Source of the DNA: Marsupella aquatica
Lineage: Eukaryota > Plantae > Marchantiophyta
Reading direction: 5' to 3'
NCBI GenBank assembly: GCA_973895155.1
Contig: OZ316891.1
Span: forward strand, 585,558-649,557
DNA length: 64,000 nt
This document shows positions 1-13,184 of the stretch, piece after piece. The notes beneath the pieces were generated by a model. That model saw nothing but the letters and a program-made list of their open reading frames with translations. It did no database searches and had not been told where the DNA came from. The position numbers were made by a program, and so were the translations under genes. Positions within the stretch are counted from its first letter, which is position 1; every line of letters begins with the position of its first letter.

Positions 1-676
1 CCACAGGCCTTGAGAAATTGCTCCATGTCCACCGCACCTGGAACAACTACCATCTCGGGCCAACTCCTTTCCCTCCTTCTGTCGCGCTGGGCACCAAAAT
101 GAAGTCAAGTGGCGGGTCGCTCAAGAAAAGACTCGCCATTGCCCTGCCGTGTGCCAAGCTAATATGAGAGGTCTTGGACCCACAAAACTCAAATCTTTGA
201 ATGTGCATCTCAAGATCTTTCAATTCAATTTAGGCTTGGAGCTTGGGCGACTGCTTGAGAATGCGTCGTGGTTGCATGTACAATTGTTGTTACAGCAGTG
301 TTTTATAACCATGTTGTGATTGTGTTCATGTGGGTGCTGGAAGAGTCATCATTTTGGCGGTCTTATTGATGCAGTTGTGTTGTGTTTGCAGAAGTGTCTG
401 AGTTGTGGCCGTGTTGTCAATGTGAGGTTGTGTGTTCTAGGTGTAAAAGTGATGTCGTTCCAGTCATCCATGTGTCGAAGTTAAACAAGGGAGCAGCCCT
501 GGTGAGGATTTAGGGTTTTAGGACCCCTTTTTCTTTTTCCTCTCTCGCCCTTTCCCGTCCCCTCCTCCGCCCGGCCCGCCCTCTCCCTCCTGTTGCACGC
601 ATCTCCCATCTTCCCCCATCCCGTCCCAACCCACCCGGCCCATCCTCATCTCTCGCTTTCCCTCCTTGCCACAGGG

Positions 677-3600
677 ATGGAGAAGGAAGACGTAGAAAAT
701 TCTGCTTTTGCTTGGATTCTGGCTGAAGAGTTGGAACTGGAGGATATCTTGAGAATAGAGAGAGGACTGAAGGCACCCCGTTGGCGTCAGAGGGCCGAAG
801 CTGCGCAATTTGCTGCTGTCGCCGCAGTCAAGGATGGCCATCTCCGGAATTTCAGCTCGAAGGAGTACCTCGGTCGTGGATCAAGTCCTGTTGCCGATGT
901 GTACGACAAGCTACTGGGTCGACTCCTGCATGGGCTGGCACTCAACGATTCGAATTGGCAAGTACGTGATCTACCCTCATCCATTTCAAATTCTGAGGTT
1001 CCTTTTCATGAGACCAAGATACTTACTTCTCCCCACTCATGAGCTCAATTGAAGAAGTCACTCGAAGAGCCTGAATTCCATTGCGACTGTTTTCCAGGTT
1101 CGTGTAGCTGCAGTTGATTCGGCTACCACAATATTATTAGCAGCGAAAACTATACTTCCAATGGACACGTGAGTTCTTTTGCCTGTCTATTTCCATTGGC
1201 CTCCTTGATTGATTTCGTTCCCTTCCGGAAGTAATCCTATGATGGTGCCACATTGAATGCTCCAACAGTGGGAATGCGTAGACAAAGTGAAGAACATACG
1301 GAAAATATAGACACATCCTGCCATTTAAATGAGAAAAGACACATTGATTATGTTTCTGCAGGTTTGCGAGTTATGTGTGGGTTGTGCTTGCTGCATGCAT
1401 GGATGTGCAACCAGAAGTACAAGGAACTGCTTCTAGTTGTATTTTACAACGTGTTTTGCATTCCTCCTCTCACGAGAGTCACGTGAGTATTTGTTAAAGT
1501 CTTCTCAAGTCCTTTTTAAGGGATGTGTTTGTGAACCCGTAGCGTACATGTCATGTCAGGGTTAGCGTGTCCAGTGATGTGCCAAGTTTCAGTGTTGGAT
1601 CCATCATGGTGTTACCACGCTGATGACTTTAAACGATAATGATCTTTATTCAGATTAGTGTTGGTTGTTTAACTAAAGGATAATCCACTCTTCCGTCGAT
1701 TTCCTCCAGCTCTTGGTTTTACAACTATTCGATCACTTTGTCGAAGCAGCAATTGGAGCTGATTCCTTGCAGTTGAAGTCCGCGAAGCTTGCTCCAAAGC
1801 CACAGGTGACGGGCCTGGACAATCTACCAAATGGAGAAGTACTTTTGGCTGGGTTGACTGCGGCAATCTGCCTGCATCTGCTCCCATTGCCAGCATCAGA
1901 TGAGTGGATAGGGCAGGAAAAATCGGAACCTGATACAATACCCTTACTTTTGGTCGCGGTGACTGTAGCCCTCGAAGACGCGAATAGAAGACAAAGCCGG
2001 ACTGTCGCTGGAGGGCTTTCCAAATTACTCAGGTGACTAATCCTATTTATCCCAAAAGTCTTGCCGAGAGTGCTCACCCAGTCCCAGATGTCACTGAAGA
2101 GTCATTAAATTGAGTTTCTCTGCCTCATTGCTGATGTCCACTCTCCGATCCTGACAAATCCGTGATGTACACTTCCAGATCTTTGGGCAAGCCATTTTAT
2201 TGGCAGTCCCTTCTAGCCATGTTCAACGTGAAGGGTCCTATCTACTTGTCCGGATCCGATCTCGCCAGGACCTACCAAAATGCGGGAAGAATAAATGAAG
2301 ATACCGCAAACGTAGTGAAGAAAATAACAACCGGTACCATTCTAGAAGGACTGGCGCTCGCCTTCGAAGCCTCACAAGCAAACGAAAGTTGGGGGGACGT
2401 CTTCTTAGGCAATGACAAGCCCGGAGCACAATCAGACTCAATGTCAGAGTTGTCGGAAGGAGAAATGATTGCACTTCAACAAATAACCGAGGTTGGTCCA
2501 GAAACAACCTCCGAGCGTTAGGAAGCAGTGCAAGTATGAATGGGCTTTGTACATGCATGATGTTGATGCGCTTTTCTCCCTTCTGTTGGTTTCCAGTGTT
2601 TACAATCTGATCTTTTTAACGTTGGGTCAGATGCTTCAAGTACCACAAGATCTTACCAAAACTCTGAAGGGCCATGACATAGAATCCAAAGCATTGGAGT
2701 TCACCAAATCAGCAAGGGCTTTGCTAAGAATCTCTACGTCCATCGTAAAGAATAGGAACTGGGTGACCCAGGGTCAAGTACTTCCAGAGAAAACAGTTGA
2801 AGATTTTCTTCTTTGCTGTGCAACATTTGCTGGCGGTGACGTGGAATACGGGGGAACTGCCATGTGGACTTCTACGGAACTTCGTGAATTATCCATGAAT
2901 TTGTTGACAAGTTTGTCAGATGTTGTCCATCCCGTTGGTGCTACAAAATCATCCAATGGACTGAAGAGTTTATCAGGTACAAATCTTACAACGTTGATCT
3001 CAGGCAAGGTCTCTGCCATGCTGCGAAGAATTAAGCAGACCATACAGGCCAGTTCTGGTAATAATGGTAGTGATGAAATCCTCCTTCAACTTTCGCCAGA
3101 GGGAAGTCTGGGCTCATCGATAATTGCTGCAAATCAAATGCGATGGATCTTAAGTCAGGTGCGCACATTTTATCGAGGATGGATATTATTGGCAACTACA
3201 GTGACATTTCTGAGAACTTGCAACGCAACGAAAATTTGAAGATGAGCGAGACTTGCCTGCAGCTGTCTCATGTTCTGCTTTTGACGTTTTCAGCTGGAAT
3301 ATCCGAACTTGGGCCCACATTGCCAGTTGGTGATGCCTTGTGTTTTGACAGCTTTGGATCACTTTTCTCCTGAAGTCAAAGTGAGTTGAATTTCTTCTAA
3401 AATTTGCAAATTTCAGTTTTTCTCAATCTTCATTCTTTGCTTTGTTTACTTTCTGTGTTATTTTTGACCGAATGCTAGAGAAGAGACGTCTCCAAAGTGT
3501 TCTTTTATTTGGGTACCTGACTTTTTTGTTTCTTCGATTATATGCTTCAGAGGCAGGCCATGAGATCTTGTATCCATCTGGCACAAAACACGAATCCAAC

Positions 3601-5148
3601 TGAGCTCCGGTGGTACAAAGATGCCACTCTAGACGCAGTGGCTCGCAGTATAGTTGGCTGTGGGGATCTCTGGCCCGTTGCTGTGAAGATGGCAGTGACA
3701 ACGGTGACCCGTATTGAAGGAAGAAATCCACGCGGCTCATGGTTAGCATCCTGTTATCTACCAGGTAGCTTGTCTTAGGTGGTTTACAACGGGTTCGTTA
3801 ATCTGCGCGGAAATAGGACTGTTGATTGTGAAATGCAAGGAACTTTAAAGTGTTCATAATTTTGACATCGAAGTGTGATACAGGTGTGGACGTATATTCA
3901 GTGAGATGCTGGAAGAACTTGGAAGGCAACAAGACGACCAAAGTAGACGCATTGTTTGGCTCCAGGAAATCTCACCTCATATGGAAGCCATGGGGCTTTT
4001 TCTTGTAGCACACTTCAAAAAACTACTTCCACTCCTATTTTACTGGCTCCATGCACCTGACGATCAGACTCGCCTTTTGGTATTTGATCCTTCGCAATCC
4101 TGCATTCTTATGCAAAACATGTTGTGCCAGATTCTTAATTTATAGAGCTAAACGAGTTCATTGTGTAGAGAGCCATTGTTTCCTCCTTGCCCGTTGCTGA
4201 TCAGAGGATGGACAGGCTGGATTCCTTACGGAGGAAGTTTTTGGAGTAGGTTCCAGGTTCTCAATATTATACGTGTGATTCAATTAATTCTGGCATTTTA
4301 TTACTCCATGCCTATCAACCGTGTCAACCAATCAAGTTGTCATTTTACTAACGATGGGCCCTACCTACTCTGCAGACCTTGAACAAGTTACAGACCGTGA
4401 TAGTATACACATGGCCCCGTATACCTGCCCATGTGGAAAGGTAGGAGCATAGACCAATTCCGATCTCAATGCTTGATCAAAGTTTAAACCTTTATCGCAA
4501 CTGAGATATCATATCCGCAAGCTTTGATAGGTTTGCCTCGTTAAAAGTATATTGAGACCAGAATTGTGCTTGATGTTCTTATTTTCACAGTTGACATACA
4601 AGAAAGGTAGCTATAGCGTAAAGAAAGTTTCATGTAAATTTTTTCTGGGGCCTGTTGTGGCAGGATATGGAAAGAGATGATCCACACATATCAAGATTCC
4701 ATCGACAGAAAATCAAGCTCTGACATTCAAACATCTGCGATTGAAATTTGCAGACTACTTTACTCGTACGCACTTTTCCACGTCAATGACTGGATAGAGA
4801 GGATTCAAAATTTGTTAGGAGGTTCTCTGTCCTATTTATTAGAATATTAAAATTACGAGGTGACGTATTGATTTTCTGAATGTAAAGAGGACTATGCAGT
4901 ACCTAAACTTTAGTGAGCTCCTCCGTCGTTTGGGCATATCTTTTTAATTTAATCAGGTATTCCCGAAAGTGACTGAAAAGGGTTCTAGTGAATTTGATTG
5001 GTTATTGCTGAGCTGATGGTGGATGACATGAAGGTGTGCGGGTCCAACATTTGAAGCTGTGTGGCATCAAGATGAAGATGATGACTCAATTACGGGACTA
5101 GTTTTAGCCATGAAGAAAATCGAGACAGAAACCACGGTCCAAGAGTGA
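677..5148 (+). CDS. TTI2-like (TELO2-interacting protein 2 / At2g39910-like) HEAT/ARM-repeat protein, ~800 aa, 12 exons
   Basis: Phase-consistent GT-AG exons approx. 677-961, 1098-1168, 1362-1482, 1710-2032, 2179-2491, 2631-3158, 3294-3380, 3552-3742, 3883-4079, 4376-4441, 4664-4765, 5034-5148(TGA). C-terminal motifs LVMPCVLTALDHFSPEVK, TELRWYKDATLDA, MGLFLVAHFKKLLPLLFYWLHAPDDQT and CAGPTFEAVW resemble plant At2g39910/TTI2-family proteins as recalled. Confidence 0.75.
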
Positions 5149-6556
5149 GGCCTGTACGAGGAAACATACACAGTCGACCAGTACTGGTGAGGAGATGTGA
5201 CTAGCACAATGACATTAAGGTGAATAAGCTTGCCGGTCTCCATTTGTGCTCAGTTCCTTCAAGTTTCTTTTTCTATTTACGAAACGTTATTCTCGTGTAC
5301 GTTCGCAATGGAAATCTCGATTGAGAAAATGCATGTTTCCTACCTAAACCCTCTGCCCAAAATTCGGAGACTCTAGACTGGTTGGTTTTCCGTTCCTTGT
5401 TATCGGGCGGATGCTATTTGTGTATGGAGAAACTTCGGGCGTCAACTGCTGTTGCTCTGTCAAAATTTCATTTGAAGATGAATATTCAGGTTTGACTTGG
5501 GCTTTGCAGGGTTTTGATTATTGATGTCACATATGCAACCTCACGCCCCCGCGCTGCTTCGAGGGGATGAAACTGCTTGCACACATGGGTGCATGGTTAG
5601 TAGCAATTTTTGGAGAGTGCGCATGAGTTGGGAATACATTTTCGCTTGGTGAACCTGATGGCTATAACCGGAATCCTTCTCATCAATATCCGCTCCGACC
5701 TTAACAATCAACGTTAAGGGCAGGTTACAATCTCTGCAAAAGTTCCTGACCTTGTTTGGCAGGCGGCATTGACAAGGGCACTGACAGTCCTGGTAGCATT
5801 GACAATTGAATCACGAAGACGTGAAACTACAGTAAAAAAGATCTGGTCATGTCTCAAAGCAAGGCCTCTCGTGTCGGTGGTGACGTAACTTGCAGGCCTT
5901 TGCCTTAAGATAAATACATCTTCTACATGTGCAAACCTAGTATGTCCATCGTCATTAGGTGCTGCCCCCAACAACGGGTGTGAAATTGTTGCCGAGTACT
6001 TCTTCAGACACAAATTTCGTGTACGTAGCGTTGAGACAAATGCTGTTCGAGACAAATCTCTTTGAAGTTATGTAAAGGTGGGGTGAAAGTTCTTAAAAGT
6101 ATCTTAGAGTGATGACCTTACGAAGGCAAAATTCTTTTCATTCTAGAGAACCTCCATTTATCTTGGATGATCTATCCAAACAGTCTTCCACAAGGTGAAA
6201 ATTTCCGCACCCATGATCAATTTGTCACTAAGCTGTGTAAATGCTCAGGAACAGTAGTAGCAGAGAAAGTTCTCCGCTCTGTTGTAGAGTCTGCAGGGGC
6301 ATTACACTCTACCATACATAAGTGCAGAGTGGATAAGTGCATTCCATGGTTAAGTGCAGGTCATGCAGTCCCCTAATACTACAGTGATTGCTTTGTAAAC
6401 ACCCAAAATTGCGCATTGCATGAGGCAGGCCGACCCTCACTAACTGCTGGCACTAAGTGATAGACACAGAAGTGCATTTGGTCTAGAAGTGTACACATGC
6501 ATTTATCAACTACCACCAAACAAACATAGGAAGCATTGATTGATAAGCGCAACGGA

Positions 6557-6705
6557 TTATCACATAAAGTAGTTTCATGCACTTATCTGAATAATGCAAT
6601 ATGGGGGCTTGAGATATGAGGAATGACAAGTGCAACAGACTATTACATAAAGTAGTTTTCACGCACTTAATAGTGCAATGTGAGGGCTAGAGATACGAGG
6701 AATGA
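6557..6705. repeat. Two diverged ~80-bp direct repeats
   Basis: att(atc)acataaagtagttt(t)ca.gcactta...tgcaat.tg.gggct.gagata.gaggaatga occurs twice in tandem. Confidence 0.8.
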
Positions 6706-6797
6706 TTTTTGTGACTTGACAATACTTGTCAGAAAGTGTGGAAACGATTTCCCATACATTTATTGGGTAGTGCAGCAATGTACACATGGAAACGCGC

Positions 6798-7035
6798 ACA
6801 CATGATAACGTGTGCACTCATAATATAGTGCATATAATGGATAAGTGCAGGCTTGGGGTGCACTCATAATATAGTGCATATAATGGATAAGTGCAGGCTC
6901 GGGGTGTTATCCCCGGAGACAGCACTTAGACACTTACATGATAGCCTGTGCACTCATAATATAGTGTATACCATGGATAAGTGCAGGCTTGGAGTGTCAT
7001 CCCAGGAGACACCACTTAGATACTGTACACATGGT
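6798..7035. repeat. Tandem repeat: 3 copies of a ~47-bp unit, partly within a larger duplicated block
   Basis: gtgcactcataatatagtg(c/t)ata..atggataagtgcaggct.gg at ~6812, ~6858 and ~6948. The last two copies continue with gtgt.atccc.ggagaca.cacttaga. Confidence 0.9.
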
Positions 7036-8319
7036 ATCACCATACATGTGAGTGATTCACCTTCCCTACTAAGCAAGAATCCATCTACGGTCAGAGTCAT
7101 GGTATAGTGTTAGGATGTGGACTAGGTGAAGAAATATATATGAACCCGCATGGACGGGACTACCTATTGTCTATGTACTATTGATTGGTTTGAGACATTT
7201 CTCAAGTTTGACTATTTCTGGAGTACAAGCCACTAGGGTATCATCGCTAATAAATCTCATCACCAAGTTTGTGTAGGTTTTTGGTTCAAATTGTTTCTCA
7301 AATTTATGCCATACATGTGTGTCGATGAACAAAAGTGTAGGAGCTAATGGATGGGTTGGGGATTTGAGTGTGTGGCATGGCACTGCAGCCATGACTACCA
7401 ATTCTTTTTACTCTATACAGTCTCTGCACTAGTTGACGACAATTTTACAAAAGGAAGACATGGAACACAATTTTAGAAAACCCCGCACTAGAAAATAAAA
7501 GAAAATGAGATATATTTGCGAAGCTTATTTAAAACAAATTCTTCTGTGTTTGATTAAGGTGGGAGTGAATATGACCTTAAAAGGTGAGCTTTAATTTTTG
7601 CCTGAAATGGATACTCTTTATCTCTGGAGACACACCAGCAAGGAGCTAAGAAGGCATTCTTGGTACAACACTACACTAATTATGAAAATTTGGCAAGGAT
7701 CAGAGTAACTTAAACCATATAATGGGGAAGCGTCCAAGACTTCTCCCTTTTTCCTTCTATCCTCTAAGGTGCCAGTCTGCTCCACAATTCAGGACAAATC
7801 TACTGCTATAATGAAATTTGGATCGATTTGGATCCTTTGGGTAACCTGTAGCTCTTGAAGGGGCAGCTATGGTTGAGTGTTTTTCTATAGGGAAATGTCC
7901 AAAATGAAAGCCCTGCTGTTTATACCTTACATTTAATACCCTTCTTGATCCTTGACTTTGTAATTTTCAGAGCATTATTGGAAAAGAATGCATTGTAAAG
8001 ATTTGGATCAACTCATCATGAAGATTATCCTCTACTTCTAACTAAGAGTAGTAAAAATAAGAATCTATTCCCAGACTTTGAGAGCGGGAGTGGGATTGGG
8101 AGTAAATGCACTCCCAATGATTTACCCAAGAGGGGATCTCAAACATAGTCCACAGGCAGTCTCACGGCGGTCCGGGTTTATGTTTTGAGGGATGTGGCCA
8201 AAAAATGTGTAGCACTCTTTGAGCTTAGCCTCCACACTTGTGTCGTGGGATTTGACCATTCCCGATGATTAGTTTCCCCCCACCATGGCCTGGCTGTTAT
8301 GAGACAAAAAAAATGTAAA

Positions 8320-8414
8320 CTGTGCACCAGTCAAACTCACCCGCGGGCCAAGTTATTGGCAGTGGTCTGTGCACCAGTCAAACTCACCTGCGGGTCAAGT
8401 TATTGGCAGTGGCC
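8320..8414. repeat. 47-bp near-perfect tandem duplication upstream of CysRS
   Basis: ctgtgcaccagtcaaactcacc(c/t)gcggg(c/t)caagttattggcagtgg occurs twice. A second ~28-bp duplication (acagtgtacaacttttcgttc) lies at ~8590-8638. Confidence 0.9.
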
Positions 8415-8801
8415 CTCTACCGGGGAAGAGGGAAACTAGACTATACTTGAGACTCCCTAATAATTACTTAAGCTCAGCTATGCTCTAGATTGAGTGGCTC
8501 CAAACTCTCAAACTTGGACTAGGTTCACTTCTTGCTGCAACTTGGATTTCTGGATGACCTCGCTCGATCATAATTATACGGTGTACAGAACAGTGTACAA
8601 CTTTTCGTTCTCGATCGACAGTGTACAACTTTTCGTTCGCAATCATCTCTTCTCGTTGCTGCATTTCCAATTTCTGCAGCTACCCTAAGCGATTGGCTAC
8701 CGGGCTTGTGAGGGCCTCAGTTGCTCCTCCAAAGGCCGAAGAGAAACCACAAGAAGACAAACGATGAAGGGTGTATAGAAAAGCTCGTGATCAATTGAAG
8801 C

Positions 8802-11800
8802 ATGATGCTCTCCCGGCTGACAGTCCAATGGTCAGTAATAAGAGCGTTACGCCATAGCTTGAAGATGTTACCCCCGGTGATGGCCACCCAGGCAGCAGTA
8901 TCCTCGAATTGTCCTCGAATTGTACAAATTAACATCAGAAAGTTATGCACCATCAGAGCTGTTAAACAACAGCGTTCCAGCTGGGTCCGGTGCTCGTCCG
9001 TGGGAAGGACTTTTCGGGCGTTGAGTGTGGCTACTGTGAAAGATGATGCCGAGCAGACCAAGCTATTCGAGACGGACCCGGAGCTGCGAATCTTCAACAC
9101 GATGAGCCGGAAGAAGGAAGTCTTTTCTCCCAAAGTTGCTGGGAAAGTGAGCATGTACGTCTGCGGAGTGACAACTTATGACTACAGTCACATTGGTCAT
9201 GCCCGTGTTTACGTGGCCTTCGACGTTCTCTTTAGGTATGTCTCCTGGATGGATATTTTTCATGTTCAGGGCAGCAATTGAACCGGTTATTGCTTTCATC
9301 CACCAGCTTTGACAAGATCTGTCATCTCCGTTCTCAGCAACTTGATTTCCGTGATAGGTACTTGAAGAGCCTGAGATATGATGTTACGTATGTGCGTAAT
9401 TTTACTGATGTTGACGATAAGGTAAATCCTATGCTGTTCCAAACAAGTCAGTGGGATTGAAAATTCTACTTTTTCAGATTCTTATTTTTTAAGAGACTTT
9501 TTGATGATCCGACATCAGTTAGAGACATTGATGTGCCCACCGTTCTTCAGATCATCAATCGGGCAAAAGAAACTGGTGAAGATCCTGTCAGCTTAAGCGG
9601 CCGCTTCTGCGATGAGTTTAGTGTCGATATGGCAGCATTGCAATGTCTTCCCCCAAGCATAGAGCCTCGTGTAACAGGGCACATCAGTCAAATCACCCAG
9701 ATGGTTGAGAAGGTAATATATGAGCATCTGATTGTACTCGCTTCCTGGCCTTCTCTTGGAAATGAAACTACAAAATTCGAAGTGCAAAATGGTGCAAAGG
9801 CAAGATTATCAGGTTATTTGTCGATGTTGTGGCAGATTATTTCAAACGGTCATGCCTATGTCATGGACGATGGGGACGTATATTTCTCAGTCGACAGTTT
9901 TCCTACCTATGGGCAGTTGTCGAAGCGTGCGCTGGATGAGAACAGGGCTGGTGAGCGGGTTTCAGTAGACACACGGAAGCGGAATGCAGCAGATTTTGCT
10001 CTTTGGAAGGTCAGCACCTTAGAACATGGTGAGAAGTTAGTTTCTTGCAGGAGGTGACTATGACCTGACTTCTGGTTCCGGGTATTCTTATTTGAGAAAA
10101 TTCTGAATTTTTTACATTCCCATTGTAGAGGTTTCCCATAGACAACCCTGTATACTCTAATTTACCTGCTGTTGTATATACCCGAAACTCTAAACCCTGC
10201 TTAACCTTCTCGTTGGTAGATGGGGTCGGTCACTTTGATGTTCCTTAGTTCAGAAGTAATTGATAATTTGAATTTGTTAAACCAGGTTTTAGCACTGTAC
10301 AACCTTTCCTGTTATCAATTAATTATACTAGATAAGGCTTTGCGCCTGCTTCGTCCAGTCTGATAAGAAATTTGTGCTCTGACTGTGTCAAAGACGCCAA
10401 TATCAAATTGCAGAATGTACGGAGATGGTTCTGTATTGTAGATGCAGGCGGTCCGAGAACGTGGTTATCCAGCTTGCACAAGCTGGTGCCCATCATTGAG
10501 GTGCTGTTACACTGACTCATGCAAGAGTGGCTTTCTAACCAAATTTGTTGTGGGGCTCCTTTGACAGAGTGCTAAACCTGGAGAAATTTCATGGGAGAGT
10601 CCGTGGGGCCGAGGTCGACCTGGATGGCATATTGAATGCAGTGCGATGAGTTTTGAGCATTTGGGGCCCTCGTTTGACATTCATGGGGGAGGCGCAGATC
10701 TTGTATTTCCACATCATGAAAATGAAATTGCACAGAGCTGTGCAGCCTGTAGAGAGAGCCACGTTGGCTACTGGCTGCATAACGGGTTTGTGACCATTGA
10801 TTCTGAAAAAATGTCCAAATCTGTCGGCAACTTTTTCACGATTAGAGAGGTAATTTTCCACTTTAAGCTTGACAGAATCATCGTATTTCGCAACATTAAG
10901 TAAAGAAATGCCGAGAAAGATCAATGTTTGAGTTGAAGGCAATTGATAGTCGGCTAGCCTGTGGGGAGTAGCACACTAGTCACTGCAAAGCTGATTTCAT
11001 GCTTGAGATCTGATGGAACCATAATTAGGCAGGTTCTTCAAATGTATTCTCCTCTTAGCACTTCGATGGTTTCTGATCCGAACACAGATGGTCAAGCTGA
11101 AGACAAAATGATGAGTCAGTCAGTGAGCCGGAAGGAGCACCAGTAGTAGGCATTGCAAAAGTTAATATCATACTTGAGATCTGATGGAAAGTATTTCAAA
11201 TTGGGCAGGTTCTTCGAATGTATTCTCCTCTAGTCCTTCGATGGTTTCTGATCGGAACACAGTATCGTTCTCCTGTTAATTACTCCACGCGTCAACTGGA
11301 ATCTGCATGTGATCGTGTTTATTATCTATATCAAGTAAGTGGTTTCAGTAAAAAACAGATAGACATAACATTTATCCAGTTCATATAGTTTGGGTGGTCT
11401 TTTATAAGTGGTTGGTTTCAAACTTATCAAATTTATGACTAAGACAGTTGGTTTTTTTGGTAATTATTCCCCATGCTGCTGTAGGACTCTTCAGACGTGT
11501 AACATCGTGTCCAAATTTGCTTTGTACGCACAGGCATTGGCAGACTGTGAGCAAGTACTTGTGGAAAAGAATACAACAACACAATCTGCTTCAAAGGAGG
11601 TTGTGGAATGCGTGAAAAATTTGAAGTCAACTTACGCTACAGCAATGGGCGATGATCTGCTCACCCCTGTTGTGATTGCATCTCTCTCTGAGCCACTTAA
11701 GATCATGAACGATCTACTACATACGAAAAAGGTGCGTTCACACTGAGGACCCTAGGGTGACATTTTCTAAAGAATTCTAGAACAAAGGGACTCGCCTTTT

Positions 11801-12385
11801 GCCTGTTTAAGCTATAAGACGAAAATCAGGTTACTCTGAGGTTTTCAAGTTCGAAATAAGGCTTACAGTTAAATTTTGCTATGTCCCAGGGACGCAAGGA
11901 TAAGTCTCGTCCAGCATCTTTGAATTTGTTGAAGGAGGAGGTTGAAGACATACTGGAAGTCTTAGGGCTCAAAGTACCCAGCTACATTGAGGTACGCCCC
12001 AGGGTTTAGGGTTTAGGGTATATGATTCACTCACCTAAATTGTATGTTGTGTGGTCTCAAATCCCGAGTCAGTTTACTGGACTTTTTAGGGGATACCGAC
12101 TTGGCTGCATGCCTTCGCTGTTGACAATTGAACTATGGCTCTCCGCTCTGCCAACTTTTTTGGTTGCAGGTGCTGCAAGACATCAAGAGGCTGGCTCTGA
12201 AGAGAGTTGGATTGAGCGAGGAAGAATTAATTTCTCGTGTTCAAGAGAGGGCAGCTGCACGGGCTGCGAAGGATTATGAACGGTCTGACAATATTCGGAA
12301 AGATTTGGCTGCCCTTGGAATTGCCCTTATGGATGGTGGTGATGGAACACAATGGCGCCCAGCTGCTGCTGATGATCAACTTTAG
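8802..12385 (+). CDS. Cysteinyl-tRNA synthetase, probably chloroplast/mitochondrial (N-terminal transit peptide), 9 exons
   Basis: Exons approx. 8802-9235, 9358-9421, 9551-9712, 9836-10009, 10568-10849, 11209-11334, 11534-11731, 11890-11991, 12170-12385. Class I motifs [58 protein letters not shown] and KMSKS. C-terminal anticodon domain ([13 protein letters not shown]). Confidence 0.97.
11002..11122 (+). other. Duplicated acceptor plus partial exon (pseudo-exon) inside CysRS intron 5
   Basis: 11002-11087 copies 11173-11262 (cttgagatctgatggaa...ggcag|gttcttc.aatgtattctcctct...cttcgatggtttctgatc.gaacacag) with a 1-nt insertion. Confidence 0.85.
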
Positions 12386-13184
12386 ATCACTGTCCACATC
12401 CACCCCTTGTATTTTAGTTCAGAATATGTTAATTCTTACCTCCTCCTCAGAGTAGGCTAGACTCACTGGTAGGGGCTCTCGATAATGTGCCTTTGTTATT
12501 TATTCCTTCCCTTGTTACACCGTATCTCTGAAGATCGGATGCCACATAATATGGGCCGACGGTTATTTTTTGCCTACATTGATCTTGCGGGTCCATATGG
12601 CACAGATTGCGTTGATGATAAGGTGTTCTCTTGTGAAGCCAGACGTGAGGATGTAATCACTTAAAACGTGATGTCCTTCAGCACACCGCCATCTGACATT
12701 TCATAGAGCAGACTTTGATTCCCATCTTTGTTTCACGCATTCCATCCTACCAGGGTCTATGGCTCGAAGGTAATGAGAAGCTAGTCAAGTAAGAGGTGTT
12801 GTTCCCACCGGTGACATCTCTATCCTAGACTTTCACATAGATCGTATTGATTCTTCTTAAACTTGTACACGGCATCAAAAAGTGACAGATTCCTGATCCA
12901 CTCCATATTTCTTCGATTTTGATTGCCCCTCTGTCTAGACTCTATGTTCTGACGACAAAGAGGTCCCTGGCCTCAACAACAGCAAACATAGCTCAGTTGT
13001 TGGCATCTTTTCGGCGCCACCACAATGCGACCTGTTATGGAATCGAACACAACCGAAAACCAGAAACCTACCTGGAGCCGAAACTAACCAAGCATCAGAC
13101 ATCTGTCGAATGTACACCACACTTGTAATCGAGGAATCTTTCATTTGGGGGAGATCTCCCACTAATAACATTCAACTCTTCAGT

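Noticed and set aside
1-480. CSRCGGHG knuckle-like peptide (minus strand) and GT-rich tract at the window start
   Set aside because: Truncated by the window edge and interrupted by stops. Too little to classify.
6798-7035. Repeat arrays (also 13185, 28191, 42005) as possible CRISPR arrays
   Set aside because: Eukaryotic context, few copies, no regular unique spacers and no cas genes.
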